From contig NC_009073.1 of NCBI RefSeq assembly GCF_000015805.1, positions 960,001 through 992,000 of the forward strand: a DNA stretch of 32,000 nucleotides, read 5' to 3'. The stretch is from Pyrobaculum calidifontis JCM 11548 (GTDB lineage: Archaea; Thermoproteota; Thermoprotei; Thermoproteales; Thermoproteaceae). This document shows, piece after piece, positions 1 to 8,478 of this stretch (within the stretch, counting starts at the first letter, position 1; every line of letters starts with the position of its first letter). The notes beneath the pieces are model-generated. The model saw only the letters and a program-made list of their open reading frames with translations. It was not told the DNA's origin and did not search any database. The position numbers were made by a program, and so were the translations under genes.

Positions 1-222
1 GCACTGCCCATATACGCTGTGGTCAAAAAAGTTGCGCCGCCCTACTTCTCTCTTGTCTCAGTTGGCGCATTGCTCATCGGGGTGGGCGGCGTGGCTCTTG
101 CCACAATAGCCGCGGGGAGGCCTCTCTTGCCGCTGGAGCTTGTGCTGGCAATACTCCCCTACGTGCTTCTTGGGACAGTGGTCTTCATGGGGCTTGGGGC
201 TTTGCTGGGTAAGAAACAATGA
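1..222 (+). CDS. C-terminal fragment of a hydrophobic membrane protein (5' end lies outside the window)
   Basis: Frame 1 is open from base 1 (ALPIYAVVKK...) to TGA at 220-222. Two hydrophobic helices. The stop overlaps the next ATG (ATGA at 219-222). Confidence 0.5.
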   Translation, partial: ALPIYAVVKKVAPPYFSLVSVGALLIGVGGVALATIAAGRPLLPLELVLAILPYVLLGTVVFMGLGALLGKKQ

Positions 223-1583
223 CGAGGGAGGAAAAGGCGTTACTAGTCGTTACCTTTTTCACCATCGCCTTTCTTGCGACGCTCTCTGGCCCATTAGCCG
301 AGACTTTGCCGGTCAAAAAGGCCATCTTGTCTCTAGGCCAGGCTAAGGACACCTTTGAGGATTTTGAGGCTAGGGCAATAATGGCATACCACGTCGCGGC
401 TGTGGTCGTCACGTCTGCCTTGGCCTACCTCGCGCTTAGGTATGTAGACATGGACCACTCCCTCAAGCCGACTATTTCTAAGCTGGTGACGGCTGGCTGG
501 GCGCTTTCAATACCCTCTGGCCTCATCTTTGCCTACTTCTGGAGGTCTCCGTTGATACACGCCTTATGGATAATTGGCCTGTCGTTGATGTTTACGGCGG
601 CGGTGGTCCTGTTATACGCCATGTCGCCGCTTAGGATTAACTGGAGAGAGAACGCGCTAGAGAAAGCCGCCTTTTTCATAACTGGCCTCAGCCTAGTTCT
701 TTCCATCGTGTTTGGCGGCGTATATGCCTCGCACTTCGGCTTCGACGAGGGGGTAAAGGCGGTGTTGTTAGAACACCACTCAACTCTTGAGTACAGGGGG
801 CTAGGGCCCGCGGCGACTACCCTGCAGTTAGTGGCCACGGGGCATGCCCATGGCGCAGTGGCGCTGTGGGGAGCCGCGCTCATGCTGATAGGCTTTAAGT
901 GGGTGAGGGCAAGCGGCAGAATGTACAAGTGGGCGTTGATATTCGCCGCGGTGGGCTCTTTGATCACGCTTGTGGGCGTCTCAGTGGTGGCCCCGTTAAG
1001 GCCCATTGCGCATCAGATAATCTTCTTCGGCATAGGGCCTCTGCACATATCTCTCCTCTTCCTCTGGCTGTACTTGCTTAAACAGCTACGGGGCGGCGGG
1101 TGGAAAGACCCAGTGAAGTTTGGCATATTTCTATCTCCTGTACTCACAGTAGTTTTTGTGACTTTGACGGGTCCTCTTGTTACAATGCAACTGAGAGACG
1201 TGGTCAGGGTAGTGTGGCCTCTTGAAGACGAAATCGCCTACAACGTGGCGCATTGGCACATGTTGGCGCTGATTTTCGCGTACACCACGTTTCTGCTGTA
1301 TGCAGACGGCCTCAGGGGCTTCGCGAGAAAGTCCATGTGGATATTCGTCATTGGGGCTCTTGTTGCATTGGCCGGGGCCTTTGTCTATGAGCTGTCTCCC
1401 ATATTCGCGGGGGCTAAAAAGGGCGTCTCATTGGAGCTCGTTGCCACCATAGCCGAGAAGTCGCAGGAGGTGAAAAAGGCGGCGCTGGTGCCCATGGATG
1501 TGGGACTGATCCTACTATTCGTCGGATTTGCCATAGGCGCCGCTGGCCTAGTGGGGCCTCTAAAGAGGGGCTCACAGCAGTAG
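219..1583 (+). CDS. Polytopic (about 12 TM) His-rich integral membrane protein, function unknown
   Basis: 454-aa ORF with about 12 hydrophobic segments, translationally coupled to the upstream ORF. Histidines sit inside predicted helices: H58, H209/H211, H265, H276, H345-W-H347. Confidence 0.75.
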   Translation: MTREEKALLVVTFFTIAFLATLSGPLAETLPVKKAILSLGQAKDTFEDFEARAIMAYHVAAVVVTSALAYLALRYVDMDHSLKPTISKLVTAGWALSIPSGLIFAYFWRSPLIHALWIIGLSLMFTAAVVLLYAMSPLRINWRENALEKAAFFITGLSLVLSIVFGGVYASHFGFDEGVKAVLLEHHSTLEYRGLGPAATTLQLVATGHAHGAVALWGAALMLIGFKWVRASGRMYKWALIFAAVGSLITLVGVSVVAPLRPIAHQIIFFGIGPLHISLLFLWLYLLKQLRGGGWKDPVKFGIFLSPVLTVVFVTLTGPLVTMQLRDVVRVVWPLEDEIAYNVAHWHMLALIFAYTTFLLYADGLRGFARKSMWIFVIGALVALAGAFVYELSPIFAGAKKGVSLELVATIAEKSQEVKKAALVPMDVGLILLFVGFAIGAAGLVGPLKRGSQQ

Positions 1584-2408
1584 GTCCACGTCCTCTGGGC
1601 AGGCGGCCCGGCTTTTTGTATATAGGTCAAATACCTCTACGCCGTCGCTGACGACGGCTATTTTAGGCTTTGTCTTCCTGTAGGGGCCTGCGGTGGAGCT
1701 GAACACAGTCACCACCGAGCCTCCGTGGTGGGTGGCGCACCCCGCCGAGACGTAGGTGTGTCCCCGCACCACTACTCTGGTGTTGTGCAACGCGTGGAAC
1801 GTCTTTGTAATCTCTCTGCCGAATAGCCAAGCCCCGGGCCCTCTGGGGCTTGGGAGATAGTCGTCGCAGTTGCATGGGTCATTCCAGAGGATTTGAAACG
1901 CCAGGGGGTCCCCTGGGATTGTTAAATCTCCCTCCAGCGTAGCCAAGCGGTTGAGCGGGGCTGGCCTCATGTTTTCGCCGAGCGGTATGCCGCCGTGTAG
2001 CGCCACCACTTTGCCGTTTACCACGGCCGCTAAGGGGAGCGCGGCGAAGGTTTTTTCAAACTCCTTGTACACCGCGCCGCATCCCCTGCCCAACTTCTCA
2101 CATAACTCGTCGAGGAACCCCCCGTCCACGTTCATGGCAGGCGACTCGTGGTTCCCCCTCAGCACCGCTGCCTTTCCCTCTAGGAGTAGGCGGAAGACCT
2201 CTTCAACTACCTCAAGCCCCTTGTCGCCTCTGTCTACATAGTCGCCGAGGAATAGGTACGGGGGCGGCCACTCGTTTAATACCCTTTGAAGCGTGGCGTA
2301 GTCCCCATGGAGATCCCCCACGACGGTGTACCTTCCCTCAAGCCGCAACAAAAGCCCCCTGCTCCTTTCGCGGACTTTGGCCAAGAGGTCTACCAAAGCC
2401 TCCGCCAT
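1572..2408 (-). CDS. PPP-family serine/threonine protein phosphatase (archaeal PP1-like metallophosphoesterase)
   Basis: GDLHGDY, GDYVDRG and RGNHE motifs match the GDxHG / GDxVDRG / GNHE signature of PPP phosphatases. 278 aa. Confidence 0.85.
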   Translation of the reverse strand: MAEALVDLLAKVRERSRGLLLRLEGRYTVVGDLHGDYATLQRVLNEWPPPYLFLGDYVDRGDKGLEVVEEVFRLLLEGKAAVLRGNHESPAMNVDGGFLDELCEKLGRGCGAVYKEFEKTFAALPLAAVVNGKVVALHGGIPLGENMRPAPLNRLATLEGDLTIPGDPLAFQILWNDPCNCDDYLPSPRGPGAWLFGREITKTFHALHNTRVVVRGHTYVSAGCATHHGGSVVTVFSSTAGPYRKTKPKIAVVSDGVEVFDLYTKSRAACPEDVDLLL

Positions 2409-3100
2409 AGCCTCTTGGCGTTCTCCTCGACGATCTCTCTCACGTACTCGGGCGTGGTGGACCAGAGCTCCGCCATCTTCTCCACAGTCTTCTCGATCAG
2501 CGGGGGCACGAGTCTCAGCCCCCTATACTCGTAGGGCCCGTCGCTTTCCACAAGGACAATCCTCCTGTCCGCAGCTGCCGCGACCTCTTGGTGCTTTTTC
2601 TGAATGGTCACGGCTGGGTTTATTGAGATGTAGTACCCCAGGTCCCTTATAGTGTCCAAAAGGTGTAGGGGGCCAGTGTACCAGTGGATTAGCGCTCTAT
2701 CCACGTCGGAGCGTCTAAGCTCCTCCACCACGTCGGCCCACGCGTCTGGGGCGTGGACGTTGACCACTAGGTCTAGCTCGCGAGCCGCGCGTAGGAAGGC
2801 TCTGAAGTACTCCCTCTGTTTGTCAAAGCTGTGGGGGACAAACCTCTTGTCTAACCCCACCTCTCCCACGCAGGGGACCTCCCGCCTCTCCAGGAGCTTA
2901 AGCACTGTGGACAAGTCCCCGGGCTCTGCCTTTTCCACTTGCCAGGGATGTATCCCTAGACACCTCACCACGCCCTCCATCTCCAGTGTCTTTTTAGAAG
3001 TGGCTAAGTCGTCTGAGACGCATACCAGCGTCCACTCCCGCCTGTACTCCTCCAACTCCTCAGCCGGTAACTCGTGGCAGTGTATGTGGTTGTCGAACAC
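2390..3100 (-). CDS. TatD-family metal-dependent hydrolase
   Basis: GTG start. N-terminal FDNHIHCH (HxH metal motif). 236 aa with a TatD/amidohydrolase-like pattern. TATA-like TTTTTATA (minus strand, 3118-3125) lies about 25 nt upstream. Confidence 0.7.
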   Translation of the reverse strand: MFDNHIHCHELPAEELEEYRREWTLVCVSDDLATSKKTLEMEGVVRCLGIHPWQVEKAEPGDLSTVLKLLERREVPCVGEVGLDKRFVPHSFDKQREYFRAFLRAARELDLVVNVHAPDAWADVVEELRRSDVDRALIHWYTGPLHLLDTIRDLGYYISINPAVTIQKKHQEVAAAADRRIVLVESDGPYEYRGLRLVPPLIEKTVEKMAELWSTTPEYVREIVEENAKRLWRRLW

Positions 3101-3108
3101 GTGTTATC

Positions 3109-5001
3109 TTAGCCCCGTATAAAAACACCTTGCCCTGGGCAGGGGGCCGGCCTCATTTTGACGTAGGTGGTGTAGAGTCTCGGCGTTCCGCCGTACGGCC
3201 CCGGCTCCCCCCTGGCGACTGCGTTAATAGGCTCCCCCCTCAGCCCCCTCCCTATGCCCCAGTACGCCACGACGCCCTTGGGCACAGCCGAATCGGCTAT
3301 CGCCCTCACTAGCACCTCTCCATACTCGTTGTACAGATACACGCAGGGAGATACATAGTCCTCAGGGTTTACAGCTACGGCGGCGTCGGGGTCGCCGTAT
3401 ATGTCTCTGAACTGGCTATTGGTGTAAAGCGGGCTGGGGGGAAAGGTCAACACGAGCCACCCCTCTCTGGGCTTGGCGTATGTGGGCAGGGGCGGGAGCC
3501 CCCTCTCCTCCGCCGTGACGCTATAGAACTCGACTTTGCCCGTCTTTGTCGGGTAGCGGTAGTAGTTTGGAGCGGCCAGCTTGACCACGCCCCGCCGCCT
3601 GAGTTCGTCTAGTGTAATCCCAGTGCCTCGTATTGCCACATCTACGGCGTCCCAGGGGTCCTCCCGCAACAGGGGGTGACTCTCCAGCCCCAGCCGCTTC
3701 GCCAGCTCCTGCATAACCCAAGTCTCCCTCCTCGCCTCGCCTGGGGGATCGGCCACGGCCTTGTTGTACACCAAGTAGTTGTGCCAGTAGGAGTACACCA
3801 CGTCGTCTTTCTCCAAGTACAGGGGCGCGGGGAGAACGAGGTGGGCCGCCTCAGCTGTCTCGTCCATCAGAGGGGTGTGGACCGCGAGGAAGATGTCTCC
3901 CCTCTCAGCGGCCTCGGCGATGCGGTTTCCCTGGGGCAGAGTTAAGACGGGGTTTGCGTTCCACACGTAAACTACGTCGAAGTTGCCTATCTCAGACCCG
4001 ACGAGCCCCATGGGCACCACGCGGCTTGGGGACGAGAGGTGTAGCCCCCTTAGATACCTAAAGTCGATGCCCCAGGCCCCGGAGTTGCTGTAGTAAAAGC
4101 CCGCAGGGTCGCCGAGGAGCGCGTGGAGCAGAGATATGGCCCTGGCGGCCTCTCCCCCGTTCTCAGTTCTGCCAATGGCAAAGCCTATCACTGTCACAGG
4201 CTTTTCTAAGTAGAATTCCACAAGTCTTTCAAAAGTCTCGCGCGGAACGCCCGTCTCCGCGGCGACGAACTCTGGCGTATATCTTTCGACGTATGTGGCA
4301 AATTTGTCGAACCCGTAGGTATACTTCTCCACGAAGTCTCTATCGTAGGCTCCCCTCTCTATGATCTCTCTCGCCACGCCCAGCGCGAGCACCACGTCTG
4401 TGCCCGGTCTCACGAGCACGGGCAAGTCCACGCTCTTCATAGTGCGAGTCCACAACACGTCCACCGCGGCCAGCGGCCTCCGCCCCCTTTTGGCAATTGC
4501 GAAGCCGTGTATAAAAGACGTGGCGGCGTCTAGGGCCCAGAAGACCACAGGCCTACCCTGGAGGTGCTCGGGCAATGCCCCCCACGCCCTGCCCCAGTGT
4601 AGCTTAATGGCCTCTGCCCCCTCGGACGAGCAGATGCTGTAGTCTGTCGAGGCGGCGCCCATGGCGTTGAAAAGCCTCGCGGGGAGGTACCAAGTGAGCA
4701 GGCCCTGGTTTCCGTCGTAGTCAATGTGGAGAATTCTTCTAGGCTCCGCCTCCTTCATCCTCTCCGCCAGCTCAGAGAGCGCCCGGTCCCACCCCACTTC
4801 CACGGTCTGTCTCTCTTTTTTCAAAAGCGGCGTTTTTACCCGGCGGGGCGAGCTGAGCCGTTTTACATCGGCCGCGCCTCTTGCACATGTAAAGCCGAGC
4901 GTTGGAAAATCTGGGCGCGGCCGTAGCCTTAGTAGCCCGCCCTCTGTCACTGGGTCAAATAGGCATGTGTCATAACAGTCTCGGGTACAGGCTAACACCA
5001 T
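3109..5001 (-). CDS. Molybdopterin (Mo/W-bisPGD) oxidoreductase catalytic subunit, cytoplasmic, substrate unknown
   Basis: 630 aa. N-terminal Cys cluster C5-x3-C9-x3-C13 plus C39 (FTCARG), typical of the 4Fe-4S domain of this family. No twin-arginine signal. No adjacent FeS or membrane-anchor subunit. Own TATA-like TTTTTAAC at 5021-5028 (minus strand). Confidence 0.85.
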   Translation of the reverse strand: MVLACTRDCYDTCLFDPVTEGGLLRLRPRPDFPTLGFTCARGAADVKRLSSPRRVKTPLLKKERQTVEVGWDRALSELAERMKEAEPRRILHIDYDGNQGLLTWYLPARLFNAMGAASTDYSICSSEGAEAIKLHWGRAWGALPEHLQGRPVVFWALDAATSFIHGFAIAKRGRRPLAAVDVLWTRTMKSVDLPVLVRPGTDVVLALGVAREIIERGAYDRDFVEKYTYGFDKFATYVERYTPEFVAAETGVPRETFERLVEFYLEKPVTVIGFAIGRTENGGEAARAISLLHALLGDPAGFYYSNSGAWGIDFRYLRGLHLSSPSRVVPMGLVGSEIGNFDVVYVWNANPVLTLPQGNRIAEAAERGDIFLAVHTPLMDETAEAAHLVLPAPLYLEKDDVVYSYWHNYLVYNKAVADPPGEARRETWVMQELAKRLGLESHPLLREDPWDAVDVAIRGTGITLDELRRRGVVKLAAPNYYRYPTKTGKVEFYSVTAEERGLPPLPTYAKPREGWLVLTFPPSPLYTNSQFRDIYGDPDAAVAVNPEDYVSPCVYLYNEYGEVLVRAIADSAVPKGVVAYWGIGRGLRGEPINAVARGEPGPYGGTPRLYTTYVKMRPAPCPGQGVFIRG

Positions 5002-5028
5002 GGCTCGCCCGCCGATTTGGGTTAAAAA

Positions 5029-5757
5029 TCAAATCCTCCGGTGTAGCCTCCTTAAAAACTGCCTGAGCCTCTCTGTGCGGGGGTTGTACAAAATCTCTGG
5101 CGGCCCCTCCTCCACTATTTTCCCGTTTTCGAAGAACACCACCCTATCTGCTACGTCTTCTGCGAAGTCTACCTCGTGTGTGACTATCAACATCGTGGTG
5201 CCGCGCCTGGCGATGTCCTCAAGCACTTGTAGCACCTCCTCCACCAGCTCTGGGTCTAGGGCAGAGGTCGGCTCGTCTAACATCAGAACCGAGGGCCTAA
5301 TGGCGAGTGCCCGGGCTATTGCCACCCTCTGTTGCTGGCCGCCTGAGAGTTGTAGCGGATATGCATTCGCCTTGTCTAACAGTCCCACTAGTTGTAGCGC
5401 CTCCATTGCCCTCTCTCTCGCCTCGCTGAGCGGTAGCTTGTGCACTTTGACGAGCGGGAGGACGATGTTGTCTATTACGCGTAGGTGTGGGAATAGGTTG
5501 TAGCTCTGGAAGACGAAGCCCACCCTAGTCCTCACCTTGGCCAACGTGGCCGGACCTACTTCGACGCCGTCTATCACTATTCTGCCCTGCTTAGGCTTGA
5601 CGAGCCAAATCAGCGATCTTAGGAAAGTGGACTTGCCAGACCCAGAGGGGCCCATTATTACAACCTTTTCCCCCTTTCGCACGTTGAGGCTGACCCCCTT
5701 CACCACCTCGTGGTCGCCGTATGCGACCACTAGGTTTTCTACGACTACGGCGGACAT
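5029..5757 (-). CDS. Polar amino acid ABC transporter ATP-binding protein
   Basis: Walker A GPSGSGKST, signature LSGGQQQRVAIARAL, Walker B MLDEPTSALD. 242 aa, GlnQ/HisP-like. Confidence 0.9.
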   Translation of the reverse strand: MSAVVVENLVVAYGDHEVVKGVSLNVRKGEKVVIMGPSGSGKSTFLRSLIWLVKPKQGRIVIDGVEVGPATLAKVRTRVGFVFQSYNLFPHLRVIDNIVLPLVKVHKLPLSEARERAMEALQLVGLLDKANAYPLQLSGGQQQRVAIARALAIRPSVLMLDEPTSALDPELVEEVLQVLEDIARRGTTMLIVTHEVDFAEDVADRVVFFENGKIVEEGPPEILYNPRTERLRQFLRRLHRRI

Positions 5758-5760
5758 GGC

Positions 5761-6459
5761 CTACAATATGCCTCTCCTCAAGTAGCCGGGTATGGCGTAT
5801 CTCCTCTCTATCCAGTGGCTTATCTTAACCATTGTGTAACAGAGGATGAAGTATACAGTTGCGGCGGCCATGTACGCCTCGAAGTACATAAACCGCGATG
5901 CTGAGAAGTAGTCGGCCCTTCTAAAGACGTCAGGCGGGAAGACCCCTATGACTGCCACCAGCGAGGAGTCTTTGATGAGTAGGACGAGCTCGTTCATGAG
6001 GGCGGGCAGGGCAATTCTTAGAGCCTGGGGCAGAATTATGTACCTAAAGGTCTGGGCCTTGGTAAAGGCATAGGCCTCCGCAGTGAGGTACTGCTCCACG
6101 GGGATTGCCTGAACGGCGGCTCGGAAGATCTCCGCCTGGTAGGCTGCGCTGTTGAGACCCAGCGCGATGACCCCTGCCGTGAACGGATCTAGGTTGATTC
6201 CATAGGCCTTTAAGTAGCCGCCCACTCCGAAGTAGATTATAAATATCTGCACGAGCAGGGGAGTCCCTCTAAAGGCCTCGACGTACGCCGTGGCGATCCA
6301 CGGCAACGGCTTTGGCAAGAAGAACCTTGTCAACAGCAAGAGAGAGCCCAGCACTATGCCTATTGAGAACGCCAGAGCCGCGAGAGACATGGTTGTGGGA
6401 ATTCCCATTGATACATAGAGAAGCGCGTCTATGTAGTCTTGGAACGCCATTGGCGCCAT
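5761..6459 (-). CDS. Polar amino acid ABC transporter permease
   Basis: 232 aa and multi-TM. The central AFRGTPLLVQIFIIYFG segment is typical of HisM/GlnP-type permeases. 3 nt upstream of the ATPase gene. The second in-frame ATG at 6450 may be the real leaderless start. Confidence 0.85.
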   Translation of the reverse strand: MAPMAFQDYIDALLYVSMGIPTTMSLAALAFSIGIVLGSLLLLTRFFLPKPLPWIATAYVEAFRGTPLLVQIFIIYFGVGGYLKAYGINLDPFTAGVIALGLNSAAYQAEIFRAAVQAIPVEQYLTAEAYAFTKAQTFRYIILPQALRIALPALMNELVLLIKDSSLVAVIGVFPPDVFRRADYFSASRFMYFEAYMAAATVYFILCYTMVKISHWIERRYAIPGYLRRGIL

Positions 6460-6464
6460 AAAGT

Positions 6465-6478
6465 CTAAAATTTTTATC
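6465..6478. promoter_or_regulatory. Single A/T-rich box shared by divergent genes (ABC permease and HExxH protein)
   Basis: TCTAAAATTTTTAT is the only A/T element in the 20-nt gap between the annotated starts 6459 and 6480. Its spacing fits internal starts ATG 6450 (minus) and GTG 6492 (plus). Confidence 0.4.
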
Positions 6479-6479
6479 C

Positions 6480-6884
6480 TTGTCCAACGGCGTGATTCGG
6501 TTAGAGGAGATTGAGCGAGACATAAAAGCGTGGGCGAGGGCCCGGGGCTTGCGCCACTTGGCAGATGTGGAGATCGCAGTGGTTTACAACCCTAGGTCTA
6601 GGTCTAGGGCAGTGGCGCGGATGTGGGGGCTAAACAGAGTTTTCCAACTTGCATACGGCATGCCCCCGCTGTACGTATTAGAGCTTTTAGAGGCCTTTTT
6701 CCACATGTCTTGCCAGGGGAGGGCCAGAGTCCTCGCCCACGAGCTCGCCCACGTGCCGTCTACGGCAAGCGGCGCGTTGAGGCCGCACAACAAGGCCTTT
6801 TGGAGAGACTACAGGAGATATGCGGGTATGATGACTTGCGACGATTTTCCATCTCTCAGGCTTATAAGCCCTAGAGGAATATAG
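6480..6884 (+). CDS. Small HExxH zinc-metallopeptidase-like protein (SprT/DUF45-like)
   Basis: AHELAHV (HExxH) followed by PHNKAFW, resembling the HExxH...H..FW arrangement of minimal SprT/YgjP-like metallopeptidases. The TTG start at 6480 is doubtful. In-frame GTG at 6492 fits the TATA spacing better. Confidence 0.6.
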   Translation: MSNGVIRLEEIERDIKAWARARGLRHLADVEIAVVYNPRSRSRAVARMWGLNRVFQLAYGMPPLYVLELLEAFFHMSCQGRARVLAHELAHVPSTASGALRPHNKAFWRDYRRYAGMMTCDDFPSLRLISPRGI

Positions 6885-6887
6885 GGC

Positions 6888-7094
6888 GTGTACTACCTAG
6901 CCGACCAACGGCTTAAAGTAGCCTCTGAGAAATATGGAGTAGCCCTGGCGCTGAAGTGTAGAACTCTCTACCAATTGTACAAACTGTACAAACAGGGATT
7001 AGTAACACAGGCGGTTGGAAAAGAGGCCGAGGAAACCCTTGCGCGGGAATGCCCAAAAGAGTTAATCGAATTAATCGCCCCGACGGTAGACTAG
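6888..7094 (+). CDS. Hypothetical small protein (68 aa)
   Basis: GTG start 3 nt after the preceding stop, with a GAGG about 13 nt upstream. Predicted helical, no recognisable motif. The 3' end overlaps the gdhA stop by 4 nt. Confidence 0.4.
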
Positions 7095-8380
7095 ATCCAC
7101 CCCCTTGTCTTCATGGCGTTGTATATTCTTTCTAGGGCTGTGACTACTGCGGCGTCTCTCATGGTCCAGCTCTTCTCCTTCTCCCACCTGGCGTATACTC
7201 TAGCCACGTTGTTGGACATTATGGCCTCAAGCCTCCTCCTAGTCTCCTCCTCATCCCAAAACAGCCACTGCAAATTCTCCACCCACTCCAGATAAGACAT
7301 AATCACGCCGCCAGCGTTAGCCAAGATATCCGGCACCACCACAACCCCCCTCTCATACAGCCTCCTCTCAGCCCCAGGGGTAGTGGGCCCATTAGCCCCC
7401 TCCACCACCAACCTAGCCCTAACCCCATCCACATTGTCCTCCCTAACCACATTCTCAATAGCGGCAGGCACCAAGATGTCCACGTCTAGGGAGAAGATCT
7501 GGTCTGGGTTTTTCACAATTTCAACGCCGTTTTTCTGGCTTATCATTTCGAGTAGCTGCGGGCCTTTTGCCTTTGTTTCTCTAATGAGATCCACGTCTAA
7601 CCCCCTCTCTCTGTATACCACGCCGTTGACGTCCGAAACTGCCACGACTTTGGCGCCCATTTTCTCAAGCCAATAGGCGGCCCATCTGCCCACATTGCCT
7701 AAGCCTTGCACAGCCGCGGTTTTTCCCACTATTCCTCCCCATAGCCTCTTCGCGACTTCTCTTGCCGCTACTGCCACGCCGAAGCCTGTGGAGTATTCTC
7801 TGACTGGGTTTCCCCAGAGCTCTGGGGGCTTTGAGGTAAAGACTGCTGGGGCGTTTCTTCCCACAAGCCTTGAGTACTCGTCTACCATCCAGGCCATTAC
7901 CTGGGAGTCTGTCCCCACGTCTGGGGCTGGGATGTCCAACTGCTCGCCTATGAGAGGCGCCACGGCCCGCGCGTAGCCCCTAGCCAACTCCTCAAGCTCC
8001 CGCCTAGAGAGCCTCCGCGGGTCCACTCTCACAGCCCCCTTAGCCCCGCCGTAGGGCAGGCCCGCGAGGCTATTCTTAAGCGTCATAAGCATGGCAAGAG
8101 CAATATCATCAGCCAAAGTCACCTCCGGATGAAAACGAATACCACCCTTAAAAGGACCAAGAGCATCATTATGCTGAACACGGTAGCCCTCAAAGTACTT
8201 TATCTTTCCGTCGTCCATTTTCACCGGTATGTTTACCACTAGTATTCTCTTTGGCTTTTCTAGTGCTTCGTAGAATTCTGGCGGTAGTCCGGCCAGTTCT
8301 ACTCCTCGCTTAATTGTCAGTAGCGTATTGATTAGGAAGTCTGATACTATGTAGGTTGTGCTCACTAGATTTTGAGCCAC
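7091..8380 (-). CDS. gdhA: Glutamate dehydrogenase
   Basis: 429 aa. [11 protein letters not shown] catalytic-Lys motif, GLGNVG Rossmann motif, full-length Glu/Leu/Phe/Val dehydrogenase architecture. GTG start with a TATA box 8401-8410. Confidence 0.95.
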
Positions 8381-8400
8381 CGTGTCTCGTCATGTGAGAA

Positions 8401-8410
8401 TTTATAAATT
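8401..8410 (-). promoter_or_regulatory. TATA-like box for leaderless gdhA
   Basis: TTTATAAA on the minus strand, centred about 25 nt upstream of GTG 8380. Confidence 0.5.
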
Positions 8411-8450
8411 TTCGTTTACATAGGCACACTATAGAGGTATATAGTTTGGC

Positions 8451-8459
8451 TTTTTAAAA
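8451..8459 (+). promoter_or_regulatory. TATA-like box for the ROK kinase gene
   Basis: TTTTTAAAA centred about 24 nt upstream of ATG 8479. Confidence 0.5.
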
Positions 8460-8478
8460 CTGTGCCGCCTCTCCTACC

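Noticed and set aside
6828-6834. Perfect or near-perfect RUGAUGA C-box matches inside coding regions (also 10671-10677, 19268-19274, 29154-29160 and the minus strand at about 21813-21819)
   Set aside because: None has a CTGA D box at the required spacing (about 12 nt to D', about 50 nt in total). They are chance occurrences of Met-Met/Asp-Asp-type codon strings.
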